A DNA stretch of 64,000 nt from Eledone cirrhosa. Its lineage: Eukaryota. A program made the translations under genes and the position numbers. This document shows, piece after piece, positions 11,886 to 25,312 of the stretch (position 1 is the stretch's first letter; each line of letters begins with the position of its first letter). The DNA is taken from assembly GCA_964016885.1 (NCBI GenBank), contig OZ024757.1, positions 43,090,001 through 43,154,000 of the forward strand. Direction: 5' to 3'. The notes beneath the pieces were generated by a model. That model did no database searches and was not told where the DNA came from. It saw nothing but the letters and a program-made list of their open reading frames with translations.

Positions 11886-14800
11886 CCGCCGGACCGTAGT
11901 GCGCATGTGCCAAGGCCGCCTGACTGTACTGCGCATGCGTCAAGGTCCCAGTACCGAACTGCGCATGCGCTAAGGCCGCCGGACCGTACTGCGCATGCGC
12001 CAAGGCCGCCGGACCGCAGTGCGCATGCGCCAGAGTCGCCGAACCGTAGTGCGCCTGCGTCAAGGTCGCCGGACCATACTGCGCATGCGCCAAGCCCGCC
12101 GGACCGTAGTGCGCATGGGCCAAAGCCGCCTGACCGTACTGCGCATGCGCCAAGTCCGCAGTACCGTACTGCGCATGCGACAAGGCCGCAGTACCGTAGT
12201 GCGCATGCGCCAAGGCCATATGACCGTAGTGCGCATGCGCCAAGGCCGCCGGACCGTAGTGCGCATGCGCCAAGTCCGCCGGATCGTAGTGCGCATGCGC
12301 CAAAGCCGCCGAACCGTAGTGCGCATGCGCCAAGGCCGCCGATACATAGTGCACATGCGCCAAGGCCGTCGGACCATACTGCGCATGCGCCAAGGCCGCC
12401 GGACCGTAGTGCGCATGTGCCAAGGCCGCCTGACTGTACTGCGCATGCGTCAAGGTCGCAGTACCGAACTGCGCATGCGCTAAGGCCGCCGGACCGTACT
12501 GCGCATGCGCCAAGGCCGCCGGACCGTAGTGCGCATGCGCCAAGGCCGCCTGACTGTACTGCGCATGCATCAAGGTCCCAGTACCGTACTGCGCATGCAC
12601 CAAGACCGCCGGACCGTAGTGCGCATGCGCCAGAGCCGCCGAACCGCAGTTCGCATGCGCCAAGGCCGCCGGAACGTACTGCGCATGCGCTAAGGCCGCC
12701 GGACCTTACTGCGCATGCGCCAAGGCCACTGGACAGTACTGCGCATGCGTCAAGGCCACCAGAACGTAGTGCGCATGCGCCAAGGCCGCCGTACCGTTGT
12801 GCGCATGCGCAAAGACCGCTGGCCCTTAGTGCGCATGCGCCATGGCCGCCGGACCTTACTGCGCATGCGCCAAGGCCACTGGACTGTAGTGCGCATGCCC
12901 CAAGGCCACTGGACAGTACTGCGCATGCGTCAAGGCCACCGGAACGTAGTGCGCATGCGCCAAGGCCGCCGTACCGTTGTGCGCATGCGCCAAGGCCGCT
13001 GGACCGTACTGCGCATGCGCAAAGGCCACCGGAACGTAGTGCGCATGCGCCAAGGCCGCCGGAACGTAGTGCGCATGCGCCAAGGCCGCCGGACCGTAGT
13101 GCGCATGCGCCAAGACTGACAGACCATAGTGCGCATGCGTCAAAGCCGCCGGACCTTACTGCGCATGCGCCAAGGCCACTGGAGCGTACTGCGCATGCGC
13201 CAAGGCCACCGGAACGTAGTGCGCATGCGCCAAGGCCGCCGGACCGTAGTGCGCATGCGCCAAGGCTGCCAGACCGTAGTGCGCATGCGCCAAAGCCGCC
13301 GGACCGTACTGCGCATGTGCCAAGGCCACCGGAACGTAGTGCGCATGCGGGAAGGTCGCCGGTCCGTAGTGCGCATGCGCCAAGGCCGCCGAACCGCATG
13401 CGCACAAAGGTCCGGCGGCCTTGGCGCATGCGCAGTACGGTTCGGCGGCCTTGGCGCATGCGCACTACGGTCTGGCGGCCTTGGCACATGCGCACTACGG
13501 TCCGACGGCCTTGGGGCATGCGCAGTAAGATCCGGCGGTCTTGGAGCATGCGCACTACGGTCTGGCGGCCTTGGCGCATGCGCACTACGGTGGGGCAGCC
13601 TTGGCGCATGCGCACTACGGTCCGGCGGCCTTGGCGCATGCGCACTACTTTCCGGTGGCCTTGGCGCATGCGCAGTACGCTCCAGTGGCCTTGGCGCATG
13701 CGCAGTAAGGTCCGGCGGCTTTGGCGCATGCGCACTATGGTCTGTGAGTCTTGGCGCATGCGCACTACGGTCCGGCGGCCTTGGCGCATGCGCACTACGT
13801 TCCGGCGGCCTTGGCGCATGCGCACTACGTTCCGGTGGCCTTTGCGCATGCGCAGTACGGTCCAGCGGCCTTGGCGCATGCGCACAACGGTACGGCGGCC
13901 TTGGCGCATGCGCACTACGGCCCGGTGGCCTTGACGCATGCGCAATACTGTCCAGTGGCCTTGGGGCATGCGCACTACAGTCCAGTGGCCTTGGCGCATG
14001 CGTAGTAAGGTCCGGCGGCCATGGCGCATGCGCACTAAGGGCCAGCGGTCTTTGCGCATGCGCACAACGGTACGGCGGCCTTGGCGCATGCGCACTACGT
14101 TCTGGTGGCCTTGACGCATGCGCAGTACTGTCCAGTGGCCTTGGCGCATGCGCAGTAAGGTCCGGCGGCCTTAGCGCATGCGCAGTACGTTCCGGCGGCC
14201 TTGGCGCATGGTCACTAAGATGGCCATCGTTCTTTGCGCATGCGCACAACGGTCCGGCGGCCTTGGTGCATGCGCACTACGGTCCGGCAGCCTTGGCGCA
14301 TGCGCACTACGGTCCGCTGGCTTTGGTGCATGCGCACTACGGTCTAGCAGCATTGGGGCATGCGCACTACAGCCCGGCGGCCTTGGCGCATGCGCAGTAC
14401 GGCCCGGCGACCTTGGCGCATGCGCACTACGGTCTGGCGGCCTTGGCGCACGCGCACTACGGTCCGGCGGTCTTGGCGCATGCGCACTACGGTCCGGCGA
14501 CCTTGCCGCATGCGCACTACGTTCCGGTGGCCTTGGCACATGCGCAGATGGACCGTAGTGCGCATGCGCCAAGGCCACCGGACCGTACTGCACATGCGCC
14601 AAGGACGCCGGACCGTAGTGCGCATGCGCCAAAGCCACCGGACCGTAGTGCGCATGCGACAATGCCGCAGTACCGTAGTGCGCATGCGCCAAGGCCACAT
14701 GACCGTAGTGCGCATGCGCCAAGGCTGCCGGACCGTAGTGCGCATGCGCCAAGGCCGCCGGATCGTAGTGCGCATGCGCCAAAGCCGCCGAACCGTAGTG

Positions 14801-17800
14801 CGCATGCGCCAAGGCCGCCGGACCGTAGTGCGCATGCGCCAAGGCCGCCTGACTGTACTGCGCATGCGTCAAGGTCCCAGTACCGAACTGCGCATGCGCT
14901 AAGGCCGCCGGACCGTACTGCGTATGCGCCAAGGCCGCCGGACCGCAGTGCGCATGCGCCAGAGCCGCCGAACCGTAGTGCGCCTGCGTCAAGGTCGCCG
15001 GACCATACTGCGCATGTGCCAAGCCCGCCGGACCGTAGTGCGCATGCGCTAAGGCCGCCGAACCGTACTGCGCATGCGCCAAAGCAGCTGCACCGTAGTG
15101 CGCATGCGCCAAGGCCACCGGACGGTACTGCGCATGCACCAAGACCGCCGGATCGTACTGCGCATGCCCCAAGGCCGTCGGACCGTAGTGCGCATGTGCC
15201 AAGGCCGCCAGACCGTAGTGCGCATGCTCCAAGGCCGCCGGATCTTACTGCGCATGCCCCAAGGCCGTCGGATGGTAGTGCGCATGTGCCAAGGCCGCCA
15301 GACCGTAGTGCGCATGCGCCAAGGCCGCCGAACCGTACTGCGCATGCGCCAAGGCCGCCGGATCTTTGTGCGCATGCGGTTCGGTGGCCTTGGCGCATGC
15401 GCACTACTGTCCGGCGACCTTCCCGCATGCGCACTACGTTCCGGCGGCCTTGGCGCATGCGCACTACGTTCCGGTGGCCTTGGCGCATGCGCAGTACTGT
15501 CCAGTGGCCTTGGCGCATGCGCAGTAAGGTCCGGCAGCCTTAGCGCATGCGCACTACGGTACAGTGGCCTTATCGCATGCGCAGTAAGGTCCGGCGGCCA
15601 TGGCGCATGCGCACTAAGGGCCAGCGGTCTTTGCGCATGCGCACAACGGTCCGGCGGCCTTCGCGCCTGCGCACTACGGTCCGGCGGCTTTGGTGCATGC
15701 GCACTACGTTCCGGTGGCCTTGGCGCATGCGCAGTACTGTCCAGTGGCCTTGGCGCATGCGCAGTAAGGTCCGGCAGCCTTAGCGCATGCGCAGTACGTT
15801 CCGGCGGCCTTGGCGCATGCGCACGAAGGGCCATCGTTCTTTGCGCATGCGCACAACGGTCCGGCGGCCTTGGTGCATGCGCACTACGGTCCGGCGGCCT
15901 TGGCGCATGCGCACTACGGTCCGGCGGCTTTGGTGCATGCGCACTACGGTCTAGCAGCATTGGGGCATGCGCACTACAGCCCGGCGGCCTTGGCGCATGC
16001 GCAGTACGGCCCGGCGACCTTGGCGCATGCGCCCTACGGTCTGGCGGCCTTGGCGCACGCGCACTACGGTCCGGCGGTCTTGGCGCATGCGCACTACGGT
16101 CCGGCGACCTTGCCGCATGCGCACTACGTTCCGGTGGCCTTGGCACATGCGCAGTACGGTCCGGTGGCTTTGGCGCATGCGCACTACGGTCTGGCAGACT
16201 TGGCGCATGCGCACTACGGTCCGATGGCCTTGGCGCATGCGCACTACGTCCTGCTGGCCTTGGCGCCTGCACAGTACAGTCCAGTGGCCTTGGCGCATGC
16301 GCAGTAAGGCCCGGCGGCCTTAGCGCATGCGCAGTAAGGTCCGGCGGCCATGGCGCATGCGCACTAAGGGCCAGCGGTCTTTGCGCATGCGCACAATGGT
16401 ACGGCGGCCTTGGCGCATGCGCACTACGTTCCGGTGGCCTTGACGCATGCGCAGTACTGTCCAGTGGCCTTGGCGCATGCGCAGTAAGGTCCGGCGGCCT
16501 TAGCGCATGCGCAGTACGTTCCGGCGGCCTTGGCGCATGTGCACTAAGGGCCATCGTTCTTTGCGCATGCGCACAACGGTCCGGCGGCCTTGGTGCATGC
16601 GCACTACGGTCCGGCGGCCTTGGCGCATGCGCACTACGGTCCGGCGGCTTTGGTGCATGCGCACTACGGTCTAGCAGCATTGGAGCATGCACACTACAGC
16701 CCGGCGGCCTTGGCGCATGCGCAGTACGGCCCGGCGACCTTGGCGCATGCGCACTACGGTCTGGCGGCCTTGGCGCACGCGCACTACGGTCCGGCGGTCT
16801 TGGCGCATGCGCACTACGGTCCGGCGGCCTTGCCGCATGCGCACTACGTTCCGGTGGCCTTGGCACATGCGCAGTACGGTCCGGTGGCTTTGGCGCATGC
16901 GCACTACGGTCTGGCAGACGTGAAGCATGCGCACTACGGTCCGATGGCCTTGGCGCATGCGCACTACGTCCTGGTGGCCTTGGCGCATGCGCAGTACAGT
17001 CCAGTGGCCTTGGCGCATGCGCAGTGAGGTCCGGCGGCCTTAGCGCATGCGCAGTAAGGTCCGGCGGCCATGGCGCATGCGCACTAAGGGTCAGCGGTCT
17101 TTGCGCATGCGCACAACGGTACGGCGGCCTTGGCGCATGCACACTACGGCCCGGCGGCCTTGGCGCCTGCACACTACGGTCCGGCGGCTTTGGTGCATGC
17201 GCACTACGGTCCGGCGGCGCGCACTACGTTCCGGTGGCCTTGGCGCATGCGCAGTACGCTCCAGTGGCCTTGGCGCATGCGCAGTAAGGTCCGACGGCTT
17301 TGGCGCATGCGCACTATGGTCTTTCAGTTTTGGCGCATGCGCACTACGGTCCGGCGGCCTTCGCGCATGCGCACTACGTTCCGGCGGCCTTGGCGCATGC
17401 GCACTACGTTCCGGTGGCCTTTGCGCATGCGCAGTACGGTCCAGCGGCCTTGGCGCATGCGCACAACGGTACGGCGGCCTTGGCGCATGCGCACTACGTT
17501 CCGGTGGCCTTGGCGCATGCGCAGTACTGTCCAGTGGCCTTGGCGCATGTGCAGTAAGGTCCGGCGGCCTTAGCGCATGCGCAGTACGTTCCGACGGCCT
17601 TGGCGCATGCGCACTAAGGGCCATCGTTCTTTGCGCATGCGCACAACGGTCCGGCGGCCTTGGTGCATGCGCACTACGGTCCGGCGGCCTTAGCGCATGC
17701 GCAGTTCGGTACTGCGACCTTGACGCATGCGCAGTACAGTCAGGTGGCCTTGGCGCATGCGCACAACGGTCCGGCGCCCTTGGCGCATGCGCAGTATGGT

Positions 17801-17942
17801 CCGACGGCCTTGGCGCATGTGCACTATGTATCGGCGGCCTTGGCGCATGCGCACTACGGTTAGGCGGCTTTGGCGCATGCGCACTACGATCAGGCCGTCT
17901 CGGCGCGTGCGCAGTACGGTCTGGCGGTCTTGGCGCATGGGC

Positions 17943-18210
17943 ACGTCATCAAAAAGGACTAACATGGCCGAAATGTCATCATGTATGTCTGAAATTACAA
18001 CAAAATGGCTAAGACGGCATAATAAATGACTAAAGTGACAATAAAATGCTAAAACCGTATCATAATTGACTAGAATGACTCTAACACGACTGAAACGTCT
18101 AAAATGACTATAAATGGCTCTAAAATGGTTAAACTGCATCATAAATTTCTAAAATAACTCAAAATGGCTAAATATGGCAACATAAAGGCTTAAAATGGCT
18201 AAAAAGTCAT
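17943..18210 (+). repeat. AT-rich spacer, full-length (268 bp)
   Basis: Near-identical to 5761-6028; F->R flip. Confidence 0.95.
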
Positions 18211-21200
18211 CCGGAGCGTACTGCACATGCTTCAAGGACTTCGGACCGTCGTGCGCATGCGCCAAGGCCTCCGAACCGTAGTGCGCATGCGCCAACGCCG
18301 CCGGACCGTAGTGCGCATGCGCCAAGGCCGCCGGACCGTAGTGCGCATGCGCCAAGGCCGCCAGACCGTAGTGCACATGCGCCAAGGCCGCCGGGCCGTA
18401 CTGCGCATGCGCCAAGGCCGCCGGACCGTAGTGCGCATGCGCCAATGCTGCCAGACCGTAGTGCGCATGCACCAAAGCTGCCGGACCGTAGTGCGCATGC
18501 GCCAAGGCCGCCGGACCGTTGTGCGCATGCGCCAAGGCCACTGGACCGTAGTGCGCACGCGCCAATGCCATCGGACCGTAGTGCGCATGCGCCAAGTCTG
18601 CCAGACCGTAGTGCGAATGCGCTAAAGCCACCGGACCGTACTGCGCATGTGCCAAGGCCACCGGAACGTAGTGCGCATGCGGCAAGGTCGCCGGACCGTA
18701 GTGCGCATGCGCCAAGACCGCCGGACCGTAGTGCGCATGCGCCAATGCTGCCAGACCGTAGTGCGCATGCGCCAAGGCCGCCGTGCCGTAGTGTGCATGC
18801 GCCAAGGCCGCCGGACCGTTGTGCGCATGCGCAAAGACCGCTGGCCCTTAGTGCGCATGCACCAAGGCCGCCGGACCGTTGTGCGCATGCGCAAAGAACA
18901 ATGGCCCTTAGTGCGCATGCGCCAAGGCCGCCGTAACGTACTGCGCATGCGCTCAGGCCGCCGGACCTTACTGCGCATGCGCCAAGGCCACTGGACAGTA
19001 CTGCGCATGCGTCAAGGCCACCGGAAAGTAGTGCGCATGCGCCAAGGCCGCCGTACCGTTGTGCGCATGCGCAAAGACCGCTGGCCCTTAGTGCGCATGC
19101 GCCATGGCCGCCGGACCTTACTGCGCATGCGCCAAGGCCACTGGACTGTACTGCGCATGCGCCAAGGCCACCAGGACGTAGTGCGCATGCGCCAAGGCCA
19201 TCGGACCGTAGTGCGCATGCGCCAAGTCTGCCAGACCGTAGTGCGCATGCGCCAAAGCCACCGGACCGTACTGCGCATGTGCCAAGGCCACCGGAACGTA
19301 GTGCGCATGCGGCAAGGTCGCCGGACCGTAGTGCGCATGCGCCAAGACCGCCGGACTGTAGTGCGCGTGCGCCAAGGCCGCCAGACCGTAGTGCGCATGC
19401 GCCAAAGCCGCCGAACCGTAGTGCGCATGCGCCAAGGCCGCCGATACATAGTGCACATGCGCCAAGGCCGTCGGACCATACTGCGCATGCGCCAAGGCCG
19501 CCGGACCGTAGTGCGCATGTGCCAAGGCCGCCTGACTGTACTGCGCATGCGTCAAGGTCGCAGTACCGAACTGCGCATGCGCTAAGGCCGCCGGACCGTA
19601 CTGCGCATGCGCCAAGGCCGCCGGACCGTAGTGCGCATGCGCCAAGGCCGCCTGACTGTACTGCGCATGCATCAAGGTCCCAGTACCGTACTGCGCATGC
19701 ACCAAGACCGCCGGACCGTAGTGCGCATGCGCCAGAGCCGCCGAACCGCAGTTCGCATGCGCCAAGGCCGCCGGAACGTACTGCGCATGCGCTAAGGCCG
19801 CCGGACCTTACTGCGCATGCGCCAAGGCCACTGGACAGTACTGCGCATGCGTCAAGGCCACCAGAACGTAGTGCGCATGCGCCAAGGCCGCCGTACCGTT
19901 GTGCGCATGCGCAAAGACCGCTGGCCCTTAGTGCGCATGCGCCATGGCCGCCGGACCTTACTGCGCATGCGCCAAGGCCACTGGACTGTAGTGCGCATGC
20001 CCCAAGGCCACTGGACAGTACTGCGCATGCGTCAAGGCCACCGGAACGTAGTGCGCATGCGCCAAGGCCGCCGTACCGTTGTGCGCATGCGCCAAGGCCG
20101 CTGGACCGTACTGCGCATGCGCAAAGGCCACCGGAACGTAGTGCGCATGCGCCAAGGCCGCCGGAACGTAGTGCGCATGCGCCAAGGCCGCCGGACCGTA
20201 GTGCGCATGCGCCAAGACTGACAGACCATAGTGCGCATGCGTCAAAGCCGCCGGACCTTACTGCGCATGCGCCAAGGCCACTGGAGCGTACTGCGCATGC
20301 GCCAAGGCCACCGGAACGTAGTGCGCATGCGCCAAGGCCGCCGGACCGTAGTGCGCATGCGCCAAGGCTGCCAGACCGTAGTGCGCATGCGCCAAAGCCG
20401 CCGGACCGTACTGCGCATGTGCCAAGGCCACCGGAACGTAGTGCGCATGCGGGAAGGTCGCCGGTCCGTAGTGCGCATGCGCCAAGGCCGCCGAACCGCA
20501 TGCGCACAAAGGTCCGGCGGCCTTGGCGCATGCGCAGTACGGTTCGGCGGCCTTGGCGCATGCGCACTACGGTCTGGCGGCCTTGGCACATGCGCACTAC
20601 GGTCCGACGGCCTTGGGGCATGCGCAGTAAGATCCGGCGGTCTTGGAGCATGCGCACTACGGTCTGGCGGCCTTGGCGCATGCGCACTACGGTGGGGCAG
20701 CCTTGGCGCATGCGCACTACGGTCCGGCGGCCTTGGCGCATGCGCACTACTTTCCGGTGGCCTTGGCGCATGCGCAGTACGCTCCAGTGGCCTTGGCGCA
20801 TGCGCAGTAAGGTCCGGCGGCTTTGGCGCATGCGCACTATGGTCTGTGAGTCTTGGCGCATGCGCACTACGGTCCGGCGGCCTTGGCGCATGCGCACTAC
20901 GTTCCGGCGGCCTTGGCGCATGCGCACTACGTTCCGGTGGCCTTTGCGCATGCGCAGTACGGTCCAGCGGCCTTGGCGCATGCGCACAACGGTACGGCGG
21001 CCTTGGCGCATGCGCACTACGGCCCGGTGGCCTTGACGCATGCGCAATACTGTCCAGTGGCCTTGGGGCATGCGCACTACAGTCCAGTGGCCTTGGCGCA
21101 TGCGTAGTAAGGTCCGGCGGCCATGGCGCATGCGCACTAAGGGCCAGCGGTCTTTGCGCATGCGCACAACGGTACGGCGGCCTTGGCGCATGCGCACTAC

Positions 21201-24200
21201 GTTCTGGTGGCCTTGACGCATGCGCAGTACTGTCCAGTGGCCTTGGCGCATGCGCAGTAAGGTCCGGCGGCCTTAGCGCATGCGCAGTACGTTCCGGCGT
21301 CCTTGGCGCATGGTCACTAAGATGGCCATCGTTCTTTGCGCATGCGCACAACGGTCCGGCGGCCTTGGTGCATGCGCACTACGGTCCGGCAGCCTTGGCG
21401 CATGCGCACTACGGTCCGCTGGCTTTGGTGCATGCGCACTACGGTCTAGCAGCATTGGGGCATGCGCACTACAGCCCGGCGGCCTTGGCGCATGCGCAGT
21501 ACGGCCCGGCGACCTTGGCGCATGCGCACTACGGTCTGGCGGCCTTGGCGCACGCGCACTACGGTCCGGCGGTCTTGGCGCATGCGCACTACGGTCCGGC
21601 GACCTTGCCGCATGCGCACTACGTTCCGGTGGCCTTGGCACATGCGCAGATGGACCGTAGTGCGCATGCGCCAAGGCCACCGGACCGTACTGCACATGCG
21701 CCAAGGACGCCGGACCGTAGTGCGCATGCGCCAAAGCCACCGGACCGTAGTGCGCATGCGACAATGCCGCAGTACCGTAGTGCGCATGCGCCAAGGCCAC
21801 ATGACCGTAGTGCGCATGCGCCAAGGCTGCCGGACCGTAGTGCGCATGCGCCAAGGCCGCCGGATCGTAGTGCGCATGCGCCAAAGCCGCCGAACCGTAG
21901 TGCGCATGCGCCAAGGCCGCCGGACCGTAGTGCGCATGCGCCAAGGCCGCCTGACTGTACTGCGCATGCGTCAAGGTCCCAGTACCGAACTGCGCATGCG
22001 CTAAGGCCGCCGGACCGTACTGCGTATGCGCCAAGGCCGCCGGACCGCAGTGCGCATGCGCCAGAGCCGCCGAACCGTAGTGCGCCTGCGTCAAGGTCGC
22101 CGGACCATACTGCGCATGTGCCAAGCCCGCCGGACCGTAGTGCGCATGCGCTAAGGCCGCCGAACCGTACTGCGCATGCGCCAAAGCAGCTGCACCGTAG
22201 TGCGCATGCGCCAAGGCCACCGGACGGTACTGCGCATGCACCAAGACCGCCGGATCGTACTGCGCATGCCCCAAGGCCGTCGGACCGTAGTGCGCATGTG
22301 CCAAGGCCGCCAGACCGTAGTGCGCATGCTCCAAGGCCGCCGGATCTTACTGCGCATGCCCCAAGGCCGTCGGATGGTAGTGCGCATGTGCCAAGGCCGC
22401 CAGACCGTAGTGCGCATGCGCCAAGGCCGCCGAACCGTACTGCGCATGCGCCAAGGCCGCCGGATCTTTGTGCGCATGCGGTTCGGTGGCCTTGGCGCAT
22501 GCGCACTACTGTCCGGCGACCTTCCCGCATGCGCACTACGTTCCGGCGGCCTTGGCGCATGCGCACTACGTTCCGGTGGCCTTGGCGCATGCGCAGTACT
22601 GTCCAGTGGCCTTGGCGCATGCGCAGTAAGGTCCGGCAGCCTTAGCGCATGCGCACTACGGTACAGTGGCCTTATCGCATGCGCAGTAAGGTCCGGCGGC
22701 CATGGCGCATGCGCACTAAGGGCCAGCGGTCTTTGCGCATGCGCACAACGGTCCGGCGGCCTTCGCGCCTGCGCACTACGGTCCGGCGGCTTTGGTGCAT
22801 GCGCACTACGTTCCGGTGGCCTTGGCGCATGCGCAGTACTGTCCAGTGGCCTTGGCGCATGCGCAGTAAGGTCCGGCAGCCTTAGCGCATGCGCAGTACG
22901 TTCCGGCGGCCTTGGCGCATGCGCACGAAGGGCCATCGTTCTTTGCGCATGCGCACAACGGTCCGGCGGCCTTGGTGCATGCGCACTACGGTCCGGCGGC
23001 CTTGGCGCATGCGCACTACGGTCCGGCGGCTTTGGTGCATGCGCACTACGGTCTAGCAGCATTGGGGCATGCGCACTACAGCCCGGCGGCCTTGGCGCAT
23101 GCGCAGTACGGCCCGGCGACCTTGGCGCATGCGCCCTACGGTCTGGCGGCCTTGGCGCACGCGCACTACGGTCCGGCGGTCTTGGCGCATGCGCACTACG
23201 GTCCGGCGACCTTGCCGCATGCGCACTACGTTCCGGTGGCCTTGGCACATGCGCAGTACGGTCCGGTGGCTTTGGCGCATGCGCACTACGGTCTGGCAGA
23301 CTTGGCGCATGCGCACTACGGTCCGATGGCCTTGGCGCATGCGCACTACGTCCTGCTGGCCTTGGCGCCTGCACAGTACAGTCCAGTGGCCTTGGCGCAT
23401 GCGCAGTAAGGCCCGGCGGCCTTAGCGCATGCGCAGTAAGGTCCGGCGGCCATGGCGCATGCGCACTAAGGGCCAGCGGTCTTTGCGCATGCGCACAATG
23501 GTACGGCGGCCTTGGCGCATGCGCACTACGTTCCGGTGGCCTTGACGCATGCGCAGTACTGTCCAGTGGCCTTGGCGCATGCGCAGTAAGGTCCGGCGGC
23601 CTTAGCGCATGCGCAGTACGTTCCGGCGGCCTTGGCGCATGTGCACTAAGGGCCATCGTTCTTTGCGCATGCGCACAACGGTCCGGCGGCCTTGGTGCAT
23701 GCGCACTACGGTCCGGCGGCCTTGGCGCATGCGCACTACGGTCCGGCGGCTTTGGTGCATGCGCACTACGGTCTAGCAGCATTGGAGCATGCACACTACA
23801 GCCCGGCGGCCTTGGCGCATGCGCAGTACGGCCCGGCGACCTTGGCGCATGCGCACTACGGTCTGGCGGCCTTGGCGCACGCGCACTACGGTCCGGCGGT
23901 CTTGGCGCATGCGCACTACGGTCCGGCGGCCTTGCCGCATGCGCACTACGTTCCGGTGGCCTTGGCACATGCGCAGTACGGTCCGGTGGCTTTGGCGCAT
24001 GCGCACTACGGTCTGGCAGACGTGAAGCATGCGCACTACGGTCCGATGGCCTTGGCGCATGCGCACTACGTCCTGGTGGCCTTGGCGCATGCGCAGTACA
24101 GTCCAGTGGCCTTGGCGCATGCGCAGTGAGGTCCGGCGGCCTTAGCGCATGCGCAGTAAGGTCCGGCGGCCATGGCGCATGCGCACTAAGGGTCAGCGGT

Positions 24201-25044
24201 CTTTGCGCATGCGCACAACGGTACGGCGGCCTTGGCGCATGCACACTACGGCCCGGCGGCCTTGGCGCCTGCACACTACGGTCCGGCGGCTTTGGTGCAT
24301 GCGCACTACGGTCCGGCGGCGCGCACTACGTTCCGGTGGCCTTGGCGCATGCGCAGTACGCTCCAGTGGCCTTGGCGCATGCGCAGTAAGGTCCGACGGC
24401 TTTGGCGCATGCGCACTATGGTCTTTCAGTTTTGGCGCATGCGCACTACGGTCCGGCGGCCTTCGCGCATGCGCACTACGTTCCGGCGGCCTTGGCGCAT
24501 GCGCACTACGTTCCGGTGGCCTTTGCGCATGCGCAGTACGGTCCAGCGGCCTTGGCGCATGCGCACAACGGTACGGCGGCCTTGGCGCATGCGCACTACG
24601 TTCCGGTGGCCTTGGCGCATGCGCAGTACTGTCCAGTGGCCTTGGCGCATGTGCAGTAAGGTCCGGCGGCCTTAGCGCATGCGCAGTACGTTCCGACGGC
24701 CTTGGCGCATGCGCACTAAGGGCCATCGTTCTTTGCGCATGCGCACAACGGTCCGGCGGCCTTGGTGCATGCGCACTACGGTCCGGCGGCCTTAGCGCAT
24801 GCGCAGTTCGGTACTGCGACCTTGACGCATGCGCAGTACAGTCAGGTGGCCTTGGCGCATGCGCACAACGGTCCGGCGCCCTTGGCGCATGCGCAGTATG
24901 GTCCGACGGCCTTGGCGCATGTGCACTATGTATCGGCGGCCTTGGCGCATGCGCACTACGGTTAGGCGGCTTTGGCGCATGCGCACTACGATCAGGCCGT
25001 CTCGGCGCGTGCGCAGTACGGTCTGGCGGTCTTGGCGCATGGGC

Positions 25045-25312
25045 ACGTCATCAAAAAGGACTAACATGGCCGAAATGTCATCATGTATGTCTGAAATTAC
25101 AACAAAATGGCTAAGACGGCATAATAAATGACTAAAGTGACAATAAAATGCTAAAACCGTATCATAATTGACTAGAATGACTCTAACACGACTGAAACGT
25201 CTAAAATGACTATAAATGGCTCTAAAATGGTTAAACTGCATCATAAATTTCTAAAATAACTCAAAATGGCTAAATATGGCAACATAAAGGCTTAAAATGG
25301 CTAAAAAGTCAT
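25045..25312 (+). repeat. AT-rich spacer, full-length (268 bp)
   Basis: Copy of 17943-18210 at offset 7102. Confidence 0.95.
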